Below, one piece after another: positions 38,670 to 46,756 of a DNA stretch of 64,000 nt (positions within the stretch are counted from its first letter, which is position 1; each line of letters starts with the position of its first letter). The notes below the pieces were generated by a model. The model did not search any database and was not told where the DNA came from. It saw only the letters and a list, made by a program, of their open reading frames with translations. The position numbers were made by a program, and so were the translations under genes. Location of the stretch: positions 248,001-312,000 of the IMG/VR virus record IMGVR_UViG_3300037297_000066; one strand, given 5' to 3'.

Positions 38670-39257
38670 ATGGAGATGAAGATGCAGACAGTGATGGTAG
38701 TGGGTGTGGGGGCCCTCGGATCCCACGCCATCCAATTCCTCCGAGGAGCAGCCCGGATTCGTGCCATCGACTTCGATCGGGTGGAGCAGAAGAATACCCT
38801 TTCTCAGTTTCACCCCAGGAATTCGGTGGGCAAGAACAAGGCCCAAGCCCTCCAGCAGGCGATGCAGTTCCTCTGGGGGATCAAGATCGAGGTCATTCCT
38901 CACAAGCTCGTTCAGGGCAACGCTCAGGTCGTTCTCAAGGGAGCGGACCTGGTTCTAGACTGCCTGGACAACGGGGCTTCCCGTGAGATCCTGCAGAAGG
39001 CTGTTCGGCAGGCCGGTATTCCGTGTCTTCATGGAGCTCTCTCTGCCGGGGGCATGTTCGGCCGGGTCATCTGGGACGATCTGTTCAATATCGACTACGA
39101 GTCTGGAGAAGGGATTGCCACTTGCGAGGATGGGGCTTTCCTGCCGTTCATCGGTCTGGTGAGCACCTACCTGGCTCGGAGCGCCCAAGCCTGGCTAGAA
39201 ACTGGGAAGCAGCTTAGCTTCCAGGTCTACCCTTCGGCCCCCGCCACCAGGATTTAG
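38670..39257 (+). CDS. ThiF/E1-like adenylyltransferase
   Basis: VVGVGALGS, IDFDRVEQKN, KNKAQAL and DLVLDCLDN motifs. Confidence 0.92.
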   Translation: MEMKMQTVMVVGVGALGSHAIQFLRGAARIRAIDFDRVEQKNTLSQFHPRNSVGKNKAQALQQAMQFLWGIKIEVIPHKLVQGNAQVVLKGADLVLDCLDNGASREILQKAVRQAGIPCLHGALSAGGMFGRVIWDDLFNIDYESGEGIATCEDGAFLPFIGLVSTYLARSAQAWLETGKQLSFQVYPSAPATRI

Positions 39258-39261
39258 GGGG

Positions 39262-39289
39262 TTGAAAACAAGCTCCAACGGTGTATAGT
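39262..39289 (+). promoter_or_regulatory. promoter-like TTGAAA-N16-TATAGT upstream of the tRNA-like RNA trio
   Basis: contains the GGTGTATAGT motif seen at 4 intergenic sites. Confidence 0.55.
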
Positions 39290-39361
39290 GCATCCGTTGG
39301 TTTCTGGAGAACATCGTGAGAAAGCTGGAATGAGACTTTGCCGGGTTTCGGCCCGGCTTCT

Positions 39362-39504
39362 GGGGCTTCACAGGGGATGTGGTTCCCCGCCTGTTTTTTG
39401 GAACAGGAGCATCAGCTCTACCCCGCCACCACACTCGGTTTCCTAGGAAACCCGCCGTAGTTGGCCTACAAGCATTACCGGTTCGACTCCGGGAAGCCCC
39501 GCCA
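39362..39504 (+). ncRNA. CCA-ended tRNA-like RNA with the conserved helix inserted in the variable region
   Basis: GGGGCTT/AAGCCCC-G-CCA; T-arm CCGG-TTCGACT-CCGG; ACTCGG-TTTCC-TA-GGAAA-CCCGCC. Confidence 0.75.
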
Positions 39505-39513
39505 CTCAAAAAC

Positions 39514-39649
39514 GCCGCTCTTGAGGCACGGTCGCCTCACTTTCCCTACAAGAAAGCTAAGCTAGCCCCGCATGTACACTCGGCCCTCTCGGGGGCCCGC
39601 CGTATGGTGCATACAAGCAATTCCGGTTCGACTCCGGAGAGCGGCGCCA
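39514..39649 (+). ncRNA. second CCA-ended tRNA-like RNA with the inserted conserved helix
   Basis: GCCGCTC/GAGCGGC-G-CCA; D-arm TGAGGC/GCCTCA; ACTCGG-CCC..GGG-CCCGCC. Confidence 0.75.
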
Positions 39650-39777
39650 GGACATCCCGCAGGAACGTGCCTACACGCATACAGCTCAATTGGTAGAGCA
39701 TCGGATTCCTATTCCGAGGGTTGGGGGTTCAAATCCCCCTATGTGACCTTCCTACCGCACCTCCACTCGGATGTCCT
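39649..39777 (+). ncRNA. conserved helix enclosing a tRNA-Arg(CCT) body (39676-39746)
   Basis: AGGACATCC/GGATGTCCT stem; inner TCGGA-TT-CCT-AT-TCCGA, no CCA. Confidence 0.7.
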
Positions 39778-39877
39778 AATCTCTTAATCCCAAGCCCCCA
39801 GGAGAAGATCTCCTGCGTGTGGCTAAGGGACACCTTCTAGGGGTTCATGATCAATCTACTTGTTGGGACTGTTGATC

Positions 39878-40264
39878 ATGGAATCCTACGACTATGATCG
39901 GAGCGTGGCAGCAGGAACTCTCAAGCCGTGGGGTGATAGCTTGGTTCAGTGGATGGAGTCTTTGTCCAAGCAGGTGATCGATGTGGTCGCCAAGAGCCGG
40001 AAGTTTCGTGGCCTCAAGCTAAACTCCAGATCCTACGAGGGGAGAGGCAGAGAAGACCTGATCATGGGGATGGACCCCAAGACGGGAAAGCCCGTCAGTG
40101 TGAAGTCTTACGTTTACTTCTCTCCCGAGGATGCTCAGGTACGGGCCCGAGTGGTTCATAGTAGGGACCGAGAGATGGATATTGTGGTAGACCGGACCAT
40201 CGGTTTCCGGGAGTCCTCAAATCCAGTGATCCAGGAAGTTTCAAAGTACTTCGCTGCAGCCTGA
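39878..40264 (+). CDS. hypothetical protein with YDYDR motif
   Basis: MESYDYDRSVAAG. Confidence 0.7.
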   Translation: MESYDYDRSVAAGTLKPWGDSLVQWMESLSKQVIDVVAKSRKFRGLKLNSRSYEGRGREDLIMGMDPKTGKPVSVKSYVYFSPEDAQVRARVVHSRDREMDIVVDRTIGFRESSNPVIQEVSKYFAAA

Positions 40265-40269
40265 TAGTG

Positions 40270-41067
40270 ATGGCCTACGATTACGACCGTCGAGAAGCAG
40301 CTCGTCCCATCCCCATCAACAAGGGGATGGTCCAGAACACGGCTGACAAGATCATCCGGGAGCTCCCGAAGCACATGAAGTTTCGGGATCTATCCAGCCC
40401 GTTGTACATGACCCGAGGCTGGACTCCCAAGTGGGGTTTTTACGTGGGCGTCTACGAGACGACTGATGTCCAGGGATACCCTGTCAACGTCCCGGTGGAA
40501 GTGGGTTCCAAGTCTACGGTGGTTTGGGACAGCCCCCGTAGGTGGGTGGACGGAGGAGCCGTTAAAAGCCGTTACCGAGCGGATGGGAAGGGTAAGGCCA
40601 AAGGGTACGGTTCCAAATGGGCTCTTCGGATCAACTTCAACTCGAATCGCTCTCCCCAGGACATTCTGGACAACCTTTCCGGGGTTAAGCGAGAGCTGAT
40701 CTCGGTCCTATCCCATGAGGTGACCCATCTCCGAGATCTTCTTCGGCACAAAGGGGATGCTCATGAGGATTCACCTGACGCTGTTGAGAGGTACTACAAT
40801 GAGCCTACCGAGCTCCGAGCTTTCATGCGGCAGGTGGTTGACGAGGTCCTCGCTCATGCTGACGAGGTTGGTCGGGACACCGAGGGTTTCGGACTCTACC
40901 TGAACAACAACTTCGTGGACCGAGCTCTAGAAAGTTCAGCTACTTGGGACCGGATTCGAAAGCACTTGTTTCCGAAGAATCGGAATCTACTCCTCAAGGC
41001 AGTAGTCAGGTCTTTGCAAGATGCTTGGCCTGGGCTACAACGCAAGTATCCTGTCGAGGAAATCTGA
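40270..41067 (+). CDS. YDYDR-motif protein with HExxH (putative metallopeptidase)
   Basis: MAYDYDRREAA; LSHEVTHL..YYNEPTELRAF. Confidence 0.65.
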   Translation: MAYDYDRREAARPIPINKGMVQNTADKIIRELPKHMKFRDLSSPLYMTRGWTPKWGFYVGVYETTDVQGYPVNVPVEVGSKSTVVWDSPRRWVDGGAVKSRYRADGKGKAKGYGSKWALRINFNSNRSPQDILDNLSGVKRELISVLSHEVTHLRDLLRHKGDAHEDSPDAVERYYNEPTELRAFMRQVVDEVLAHADEVGRDTEGFGLYLNNNFVDRALESSATWDRIRKHLFPKNRNLLLKAVVRSLQDAWPGLQRKYPVEEI

Positions 41068-41109
41068 TGTTCGCTTTTCGCAGATTGCAGGAAGTCATGC
41101 TCACGCCGG

Positions 41110-41310
41110 TTGCGCCGGCAGGAGGACTTCATGCATCACAAGAGAAGACGCCCCAAGAATCGACGTGCTGGTTGTCTGTTCTGTAAGCCGCACAAGATGA
41201 ACGGAATCAGTAAGCTGGGTCAAACCAAGCCTAGTCTGTGTAGGACCCTTCAAGAAGACTTTTCGGGTCGTGCGCCGCATGGGTACTACCTCACGAAGTT
41301 GGGCAAGTGA
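41110..41310 (+). CDS. small basic Cys-containing protein
   Basis: HHKRRRPKNRRAGCLFCKPHK. Confidence 0.5.
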   Translation: MRRQEDFMHHKRRRPKNRRAGCLFCKPHKMNGISKLGQTKPSLCRTLQEDFSGRAPHGYYLTKLGK

Positions 41311-41665
41311 AGTTGTTGGATTCTATTCTCGCCCTTTGGTCTGGGATCACTACCGAGCCGGTGACGCCGGCAGGAGGATCCCATGCACTTCAAGAGACGC
41401 AGACGTAAGCGAGGCGGTCACAAGGGTTGTTGTGGAATGTGTTGTCTCCGGACCACGGATGGGCGACGCAACGGACGACGGATGACCCTTCAAGAACAAG
41501 CATCAGTCTTCGACATGCTTCAGCAGATCGAGGATCTAGAGCTGGTTTGCCGGCCCCGGATCCCCGTCCTTCATGGCTACTACCTTGGTGGTCAGACCCC
41601 GGTCCACGTTCTGAAAGTCGTCAGAGAGATTGAAACTGGGGAGTGGGATGATAGAATCCTGACCC

Positions 41666-41953
41666 ATGGCAGTGACGACCTGCTTCTACATCGAGCCTCC
41701 GTTGAGACAGCGCATCCTGACCTACGTGGAGTACCACAGGTGGAGCAGCGCTTCTCAAGTGGCGAAGGCTCTGAAGGAAAAGACTAGCTCCGTCGCTTCG
41801 ATTCTGAAGAAGATGGCGGATCAGGGAACTCTGGTCCGAAAGGATGGGTATGGGCCCCGAGGTGGCTACGGTTACAGTCTTCCGGGACCCAGCTCTCAAC
41901 CTCTCACCTGTTGGGAGAGGGTCCTGGAGGATTGGGTACCGTTTGGAGAGTGA
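41666..41953 (+). CDS. winged-HTH protein (C-terminal TCWERVL)
   Basis: SASQVAKALKEKTSSVASILKKMADQGTLVR. Confidence 0.7.
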   Translation: MAVTTCFYIEPPLRQRILTYVEYHRWSSASQVAKALKEKTSSVASILKKMADQGTLVRKDGYGPRGGYGYSLPGPSSQPLTCWERVLEDWVPFGE

Positions 41954-42029
41954 ACCAGATAGGTTCTGGGCCTGCCTGGAAAGCAGAGTGCAGTCGCAAG
42001 GCTGTGGGGATCGAGACCTCCGCTCTCCG
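41945..42029 (+). tRNA. tRNA-Ser(GGA), atypical T-loop ATCGAGA
   Basis: CT-GGA-AA, long variable arm, G73. Confidence 0.8.
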
Positions 42030-42114
42030 CTAGGTTGGAGGATTGAGTCTTTCGTAAGTCTGGCTTTGGGGAGGGCCTTCGGACCCTCTTTCATGTCTGG
42101 TCCCCCAACCGTTT

Positions 42115-42392
42115 GTCCCGGTAGCTCAAACGGAAAGAGCGCAGGAAAAACGGAGCCTGTTCCAAAATCTGCTTCAGGGTGGAGGAGTAGCTGAACCTGC
42201 TTTGGTGAGGAGTCGGTGGGCGATGTTTGCCGAAACACCAGCCAGGGTGGGGTGTTCTCAAGGTTGCGGATGCACCGGGCCATGCCCTACTGGTAACAGC
42301 TAGGGGTGGGCGGGAGTCGCCATGGCAGGGAAGCGCGTTATCCTACACGAGAACTTTGCTGTTACATGTGGGTTCGAGTCCCATCCGGGACA
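42115..42392 (+). ncRNA. tRNA body with ~200-nt structured insertion in the anticodon arm
   Basis: GTCCCGG/CCGGGAC-A acceptor; canonical D-arm at 5' end and T-arm GTGGG-TTCGAGT-CCCAT at 3' end. Confidence 0.6.
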
Positions 42393-42396
42393 CTAT

Positions 42397-42482
42397 GGAA
42401 GGTGAAGGTCCAGTGGTGGGCCGCCGGCTTTGAACACCGGAGATGCGAGAGCATTGGAGTTCGACTCTCCCGCCTTCCTCCA
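42397..42482 (+). tRNA. tRNA-Ser(TGA)
   Basis: loop TT-TGA-AC, long variable arm, TCCA. Confidence 0.7.
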
Positions 42483-42575
42483 ACATGTTGATGGGTACCC
42501 GATCCCGAAAGCTGTTCACGGCCGTCAGGGTTGGGGTGGAGCGAGGACCTTGTACTCGTACTCAATTCAAGGCAA

Positions 42576-42660
42576 GGAAGACGAACCGAGTGGGACTCGG
42601 ACCTGTTTCGAAAGCAGAGTGCGGTGGCAACGCCGTGGGGATCGAGACCTCCGTCTTCCG
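42576..42660 (+). tRNA. tRNA-Ser(CGA), atypical T-loop ATCGAGA
   Basis: TT-CGA-AA, long variable arm. Confidence 0.8.
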
Positions 42661-42665
42661 CTATT

Positions 42666-42753
42666 GGAGGGTAAACCAGGTGGGACCTGGAGCTGACTGC
42701 TAATCAGTCTGCGGTGGCAACGCCGTGGGGATCGAGACCTCTGCCCTCCGCCA
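42666..42753 (+). tRNA. tRNA-Ser(GCT), atypical T-loop ATCGAGA
   Basis: CT-GCT-AA, GCCA. Confidence 0.82.
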
Positions 42754-42777
42754 CAACTTCTGGTGTATAGTGCTATC

Positions 42778-43359
42778 ATGAAGTTCGCTGACCTTCCTCG
42801 ACTGGCCCTGGGACACACCATTCAGCTGGCTGGAGCCATCTGGAGCGGTGAGGGCAAGAACTACCTTTGCTTCCTTCCGGATGAGGAGGAAGCTCTCCCC
42901 CTGGAGATCGTGACGCTCACCCAGGAGGAGTGGGAGGAGTTCCTGCTGCAGACGGACCTGCTCAACGTCGAGGCTCAGGTCCTGGACGAGGCTGGCAAGG
43001 TGGTCAAGGCCATCGTCCGGAAGAGCCAGCGGCAGATCTCTCAGAACGTCTCCTGGGAGGTGTTCCGTCGGGACGCCTACCACTGCCGTTACTGTGGCCG
43101 GGGGGACGTTCCCTTGACGGTGGACCACCTGGTTTTGTGGGAAGAGGGAGGCCCCTCGGTTCCAGCCAACTTGGTGAGTTCCTGCAAGAAGTGCAACAAG
43201 ACCCGGGGAAACACTCCTTACGCTGAGTGGTTGAACCACCCGTACTACAAGCGAGTTTCCCAAGACCTTTCCAGAGCCACAATCGCTCAGAACTTGGCTT
43301 TGGTTCCGACTCTGGCTACCATTCCCAGGCAGCCGCACAAGCCCGGGAAAAGGAGGTAG
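42778..43359 (+). CDS. HNH endonuclease domain protein
   Basis: VFRRDAYHCRYCG..LTVDHLV..GG..NLVSSCKKCNKTRG. Confidence 0.9.
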   Translation: MKFADLPRLALGHTIQLAGAIWSGEGKNYLCFLPDEEEALPLEIVTLTQEEWEEFLLQTDLLNVEAQVLDEAGKVVKAIVRKSQRQISQNVSWEVFRRDAYHCRYCGRGDVPLTVDHLVLWEEGGPSVPANLVSSCKKCNKTRGNTPYAEWLNHPYYKRVSQDLSRATIAQNLALVPTLATIPRQPHKPGKRR

Positions 43360-43432
43360 GGCCTCTAGCTCAATCGGTCAGAGCAACGGTCTCATAAATC
43401 GTTGGTTGTCGGTTCGAACCCGACGGGGCCCA
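43359..43432 (+). tRNA. tRNA-Ile2/Met(CAT)
   Basis: CT-CAT-AA, G1-C72, A73. Confidence 0.85.
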
Positions 43433-43820
43433 CAATGGGTGAAAGCCCAGCCTGTCGAAAGGCAGGACCTGCTTACTGCCAAAGCGCTTTTTGGGATGGT
43501 CTCCAGGAAGACGACGGTAAGCTAGGGAGGACCGAGGCTGGTCACAAGAGGTGAGCTAGTACCAGAAGGTTTGACTACAGTGACCTCCCCACCGGGGCCC
43601 AAGCTGTAGGATCGGCCGTCCTCATACTCATCAGGGTCTGTCAGGGTGATACCTGGCAGACCCACCAAGTGTTGGTTGTCTTGCCGTCGCCTTCTAAAGG
43701 TGATAGGCACACCGAGCGGCCGCCGGTGGTTCTGTTGAACCCGGTCCTAACGGATGTCGGGGTTCCCTAGGCTGTACTACTGGAGAAGAATAGGCAGCCA
43801 GCACTTGAACTTTTAGACTT

Positions 43821-43896
43821 TGGGATGTAGCTCAATTGGTAGAGCGACTGACTCTGGATCAGTAGGTTGAGGGTTCGATCCCTTCCATCCCAGCCA
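43821..43896 (+). tRNA. tRNA-Gln(CTG)
   Basis: CT-CTG-GA, GCCA. Confidence 0.9.
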
Positions 43897-43911
43897 ATCA
43901 CAGGTGACATC

Positions 43912-44073
43912 ATGACGGAACAAGAGAGAGTCAGGTTGAGGGGCATCCTTCTTGGGAAAGAAGGTGTGATTTCGGAGTTGCTTCGGGACTTGAAGCACTA
44001 CTCTTCTGAGGAACGAAAGCAGAGGGGGGAAGCGATCAACAGACTTACTGCGGAAGCCAAAAGACTCCTGTAG
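43912..44073 (+). CDS. stand-alone PheRS alpha N-terminal coiled-coil-like protein
   Basis: LRGILLGKEGVISELLRDLKHYSSEERKQRGEAINRL resembles the PheS N-terminal arm. Confidence 0.65.
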   Translation: MTEQERVRLRGILLGKEGVISELLRDLKHYSSEERKQRGEAINRLTAEAKRLL

Positions 44074-44079
44074 TCACTT

Positions 44080-44153
44080 TGGGGTGTCGTTCAACGGTAG
44101 GACGCCGGACTTTGAATCCGTGAATGGGGGTCCGATTCCCTCCACCCCAGCCA
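44080..44153 (+). tRNA. tRNA-Gln(TTG)
   Basis: CT-TTG-AA, GCCA; T-loop TCCGATT. Confidence 0.85.
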
Positions 44154-44311
44154 AGTAGGACAAAGGAAAGTCCTCTGAAAGCAGCCGTGAACCGTATCGC
44201 CTAACAACCGCAAATGCGTAAAAAACCGTGAGCTGGGGGAAGGGCCCAGACAGGGGCGGTACGTAGTAGGGGCTCCGAGTAGGAGGGTGAGTAGGTTGTC
44301 TGATGCCGACT

Positions 44312-44398
44312 ATTAGCGTAGCTCAAACGGGAGAGCATCCGGATCGCAGTTGCGGTTTTTCAAACCGGAGGTTGTGGGTTCGATTCCCGCCGTGAACG
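44312..44398 (+). pseudogene. tRNA-like element with hairpin inserted in the anticodon loop
   Basis: canonical D and T arms, TCCGG/CCGGA stem, 22-nt loop, weak acceptor. Confidence 0.4.
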
Positions 44399-44845
44399 TC
44401 GGATTTTTCTGAGGTAGCGAAGGGCTACTCTCTGGCTTAAAGAAGAGGTCTTCAAGAGGACTTCATTGAGGTTGCTTTGGATGGCTGCCTTGTGGCTACG
44501 TAGCAGGTTCGATACTTCTTGTTCTAGTTTGGTGAAGCTGTTGCTTAGGGAAGTCTTCTGAAGGGTCACTTTGAGCTTGGAAGCCACGGTTTCGATTTGG
44601 GCTTTGATGTCCTCGTGGGATTTCTGCTCCGCTCTCTCGTAGTCACTCTTTCCTTCTTCAAGGGGGTCCACTCCTGGGGTGCCTTTGATTGTCAGTTTCA
44701 GCATTCGGATGGTTTTGTTGGTGACATCATAGGCGGCTTGAAGGACATCTTTTTTGCGGGGGGTCTTGATCAGTATCCAGTTGGGGGTGTGGAACCCAGG
44801 AGAGGAGATCTTCACTGATCCGTCTCTTAACCATCTAGTGCCCAT
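44360..44845 (-). CDS. hypothetical protein with C-terminal RVALRY motif
   Basis: 161-aa ORF. Confidence 0.6.
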   Translation of the reverse strand: MGTRWLRDGSVKISSPGFHTPNWILIKTPRKKDVLQAAYDVTNKTIRMLKLTIKGTPGVDPLEEGKSDYERAEQKSHEDIKAQIETVASKLKVTLQKTSLSNSFTKLEQEVSNLLRSHKAAIQSNLNEVLLKTSSLSQRVALRYLRKIRRSRRESNPQPPV

Positions 44846-44876
44846 GCTTGAGGAGCCTCATAAGTTTTTTCGTTTT

Positions 44877-44960
44877 GCTCGGGTGGCGGAATGGCAGACG
44901 CCCCGGATTTAGATTCCGGTGCCCCTTGTGGGCGTGAGGGTTCGAGTCCCTCTCCGAGCA
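44877..44960 (+). tRNA. tRNA-Leu(TAG)
   Basis: TT-TAG-AT, long variable arm. Confidence 0.9.
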
Positions 44961-44962
44961 CT

Positions 44963-45038
44963 GTGGCCGATGCTCGTAAGGTAGAGCGCCTGGTTGTGGC
45001 CCAGGAAATAGCGGGTTCGAATCCCGTCGGTCACCCCA
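44963..45038 (+). tRNA. tRNA-His(GTG)
   Basis: TT-GTG-GC, CCCA. Confidence 0.8.
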
Positions 45039-45044
45039 CGAAAG

Positions 45045-45503
45045 TTGACGATCGACGGGGTGTTGTGGCATTGTTCGTTCGTGTCCCAACTCGGTGACAT
45101 TCTGAAGTCTCCGAATGCCGTGGAGACGTTGGCGGTCTTTCGGACCAGAACCTTCAGGTACGAAGACTTGTTCGAGTTGTTCGAGGACCTGAAGGGGTTG
45201 TTCGTTCTTGGGTATACCGCCTTATGGTCAGATAGGCCCCCTGATTACGGTATAATAGCGTACAAGGGGGAAGGTGACGAAGAGTCGTCTGTGGATCTGC
45301 AGATTTCATTTAAAGAGGTCAGAGCTCTTCGACTTCAGGACACGCCGGAACACACTACTCTTGTAAGGGCTTTTCAGACTTCCGAAGGTAAACGACTGTT
45401 GTTGGAAGCTCTTCGGGAGAAGGCTCTTTCCACTCCTAAGGAAGATCCTGTACCCTTACCTACTTGCTGGGAACGGCTCCTAGCACAAGACACGCCCTCG
45501 TAG
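45045..45503 (+). CDS. hypothetical protein (C-terminal TCWERLL); start uncertain
   Basis: 152-aa ORF. Confidence 0.6.
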   Translation: MTIDGVLWHCSFVSQLGDILKSPNAVETLAVFRTRTFRYEDLFELFEDLKGLFVLGYTALWSDRPPDYGIIAYKGEGDEESSVDLQISFKEVRALRLQDTPEHTTLVRAFQTSEGKRLLLEALREKALSTPKEDPVPLPTCWERLLAQDTPS

Positions 45504-45566
45504 CTCAGGGGATAGAGCAGCGGTTTCCTAAACCGAAGATCGGCCGTTCGAATCGGCCCGGGGGTA
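45494..45566 (+). tRNA. tRNA-Arg(CCT)
   Basis: TT-CCT-AA. Confidence 0.85.
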
Positions 45567-45569
45567 CCG

Positions 45570-45992
45570 ATGGACAGAGAGACAAGAGAGTGGCTCTCGG
45601 ACTTGCAACGCAGGTTGTGGGGGTACGGAGCCCTCCCGGTTCGGGACCTTCGTATGAAGGGAGAAGAGTTCCAGAGGGTGTTTGAGCTCATAGAGAGTGA
45701 ACCTTTGCTGACCCAGATGGGATCTTGCAGGTTTGGCTTCTCTTTGTGTATCTCTATCTACGACCATCCCGTCACTCCGGGGGTGCCTCCGATCTTCTTG
45801 TTGGCTATATCCGAAGACCACCTACCCTCCCCATCTAGCTTTGAGCGAATCAATAATGAGTGCGAAGAGTGGAATCGAACAGACTTTGCGTGGGAGCTCT
45901 TCTCACGACACACCCACTCAGACCGAAACCGCCAGTGGCTCGACTTCTACCAGTGGGAAGCCCCTAGGGAACGGTCGCACTACGAGTACTAG
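45570..45992 (+). CDS. hypothetical protein
   Basis: 140-aa ORF. Confidence 0.55.
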   Translation: MDRETREWLSDLQRRLWGYGALPVRDLRMKGEEFQRVFELIESEPLLTQMGSCRFGFSLCISIYDHPVTPGVPPIFLLAISEDHLPSPSSFERINNECEEWNRTDFAWELFSRHTHSDRNRQWLDFYQWEAPRERSHYEY

Positions 45993-46420
45993 GTTCGACT
46001 CAGCGGCCGAATTGTTCGAGGCTGTGAGGGCCTACTCCTTGAGGGGGAAGGAAACCCTGATTGCCTGTGCCAGCTATCACGGGGCTCTGGTGGGCTTCAC
46101 AGTGGCGGACACCAAAGGTCCGGCACCCAGGTGGCTCATCCTCCGAAAGGCTGTCAAAGTGGCAATGGGAGCCTCTACGGACGAAGATGAGCGGGGGTGG
46201 CTCAGGAAGTTGCTCAGCTACCAAGGTAGGAGGGAGTTGATCCCCTGGATCCTGGGTGAGGACGACAAGAAAAAACCGGCCAGAAGGTCTATTGGTAAGA
46301 CCATAGAAAAGGCACCCGATCCCCCAGTGAAAGCTGGACTGGAGATCGAGCCTGATGTAGATCTGAGTCTGGAAGAGATGTTCGACCTGCTTGATTCAGA
46401 TGATTGAGAGCAGGTGATTT

Positions 46421-46497
46421 CGCGGAGTGGAGCAGTCTGGTAGCTCGTTGGGCTCATAACCCAGAGGCCGTAGGTTCGAATCCTACCTCCGCAACCA
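46421..46497 (+). tRNA. initiator tRNA-fMet(CAT)
   Basis: C1-A72 mismatch, GGG/CCC anticodon stem, ACCA. Confidence 0.93.
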
Positions 46498-46679
46498 AAC
46501 CAGGGCAGAGGGTGACGCTGTCACGCTAGCAGCAGCCGCTCCCCCGAGGCCCTGGGAAGCTGTATTGAGAACCGCCGCTTGGTCAGACTTCCCCGTCAGG
46601 ACTTGGCCTAATAAGCGTAGCAACTCTCGGCGGCTTTCCTTTCTCACCTAGTTCGGGGAGGTGGGAGAGGTCACTATTT

Positions 46680-46756
46680 GGGATCGTAGCTCAATTTGGG
46701 AGAGCACTGCGTTCGCAATGCAGGAGTTAGGGGTTCAAGTCCCCTCGGTTCCACCA
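46680..46756 (+). tRNA. tRNA-Ala(CGC)
   Basis: TT-CGC-AA, ACCA. Confidence 0.88.

Noticed and set aside
42140-42350. Canonical group I intron call
   Set aside because: No U at a plausible 5' splice site and no recognisable P7/R/S consensus; kept only as an unexplained insertion
44154-44311. RNase P RNA suggested by GGAAAGTCC
   Set aside because: The motif is the 3' side of a local AGGAC/GTCCT hairpin; no matching 3' P4 strand seen; region too short
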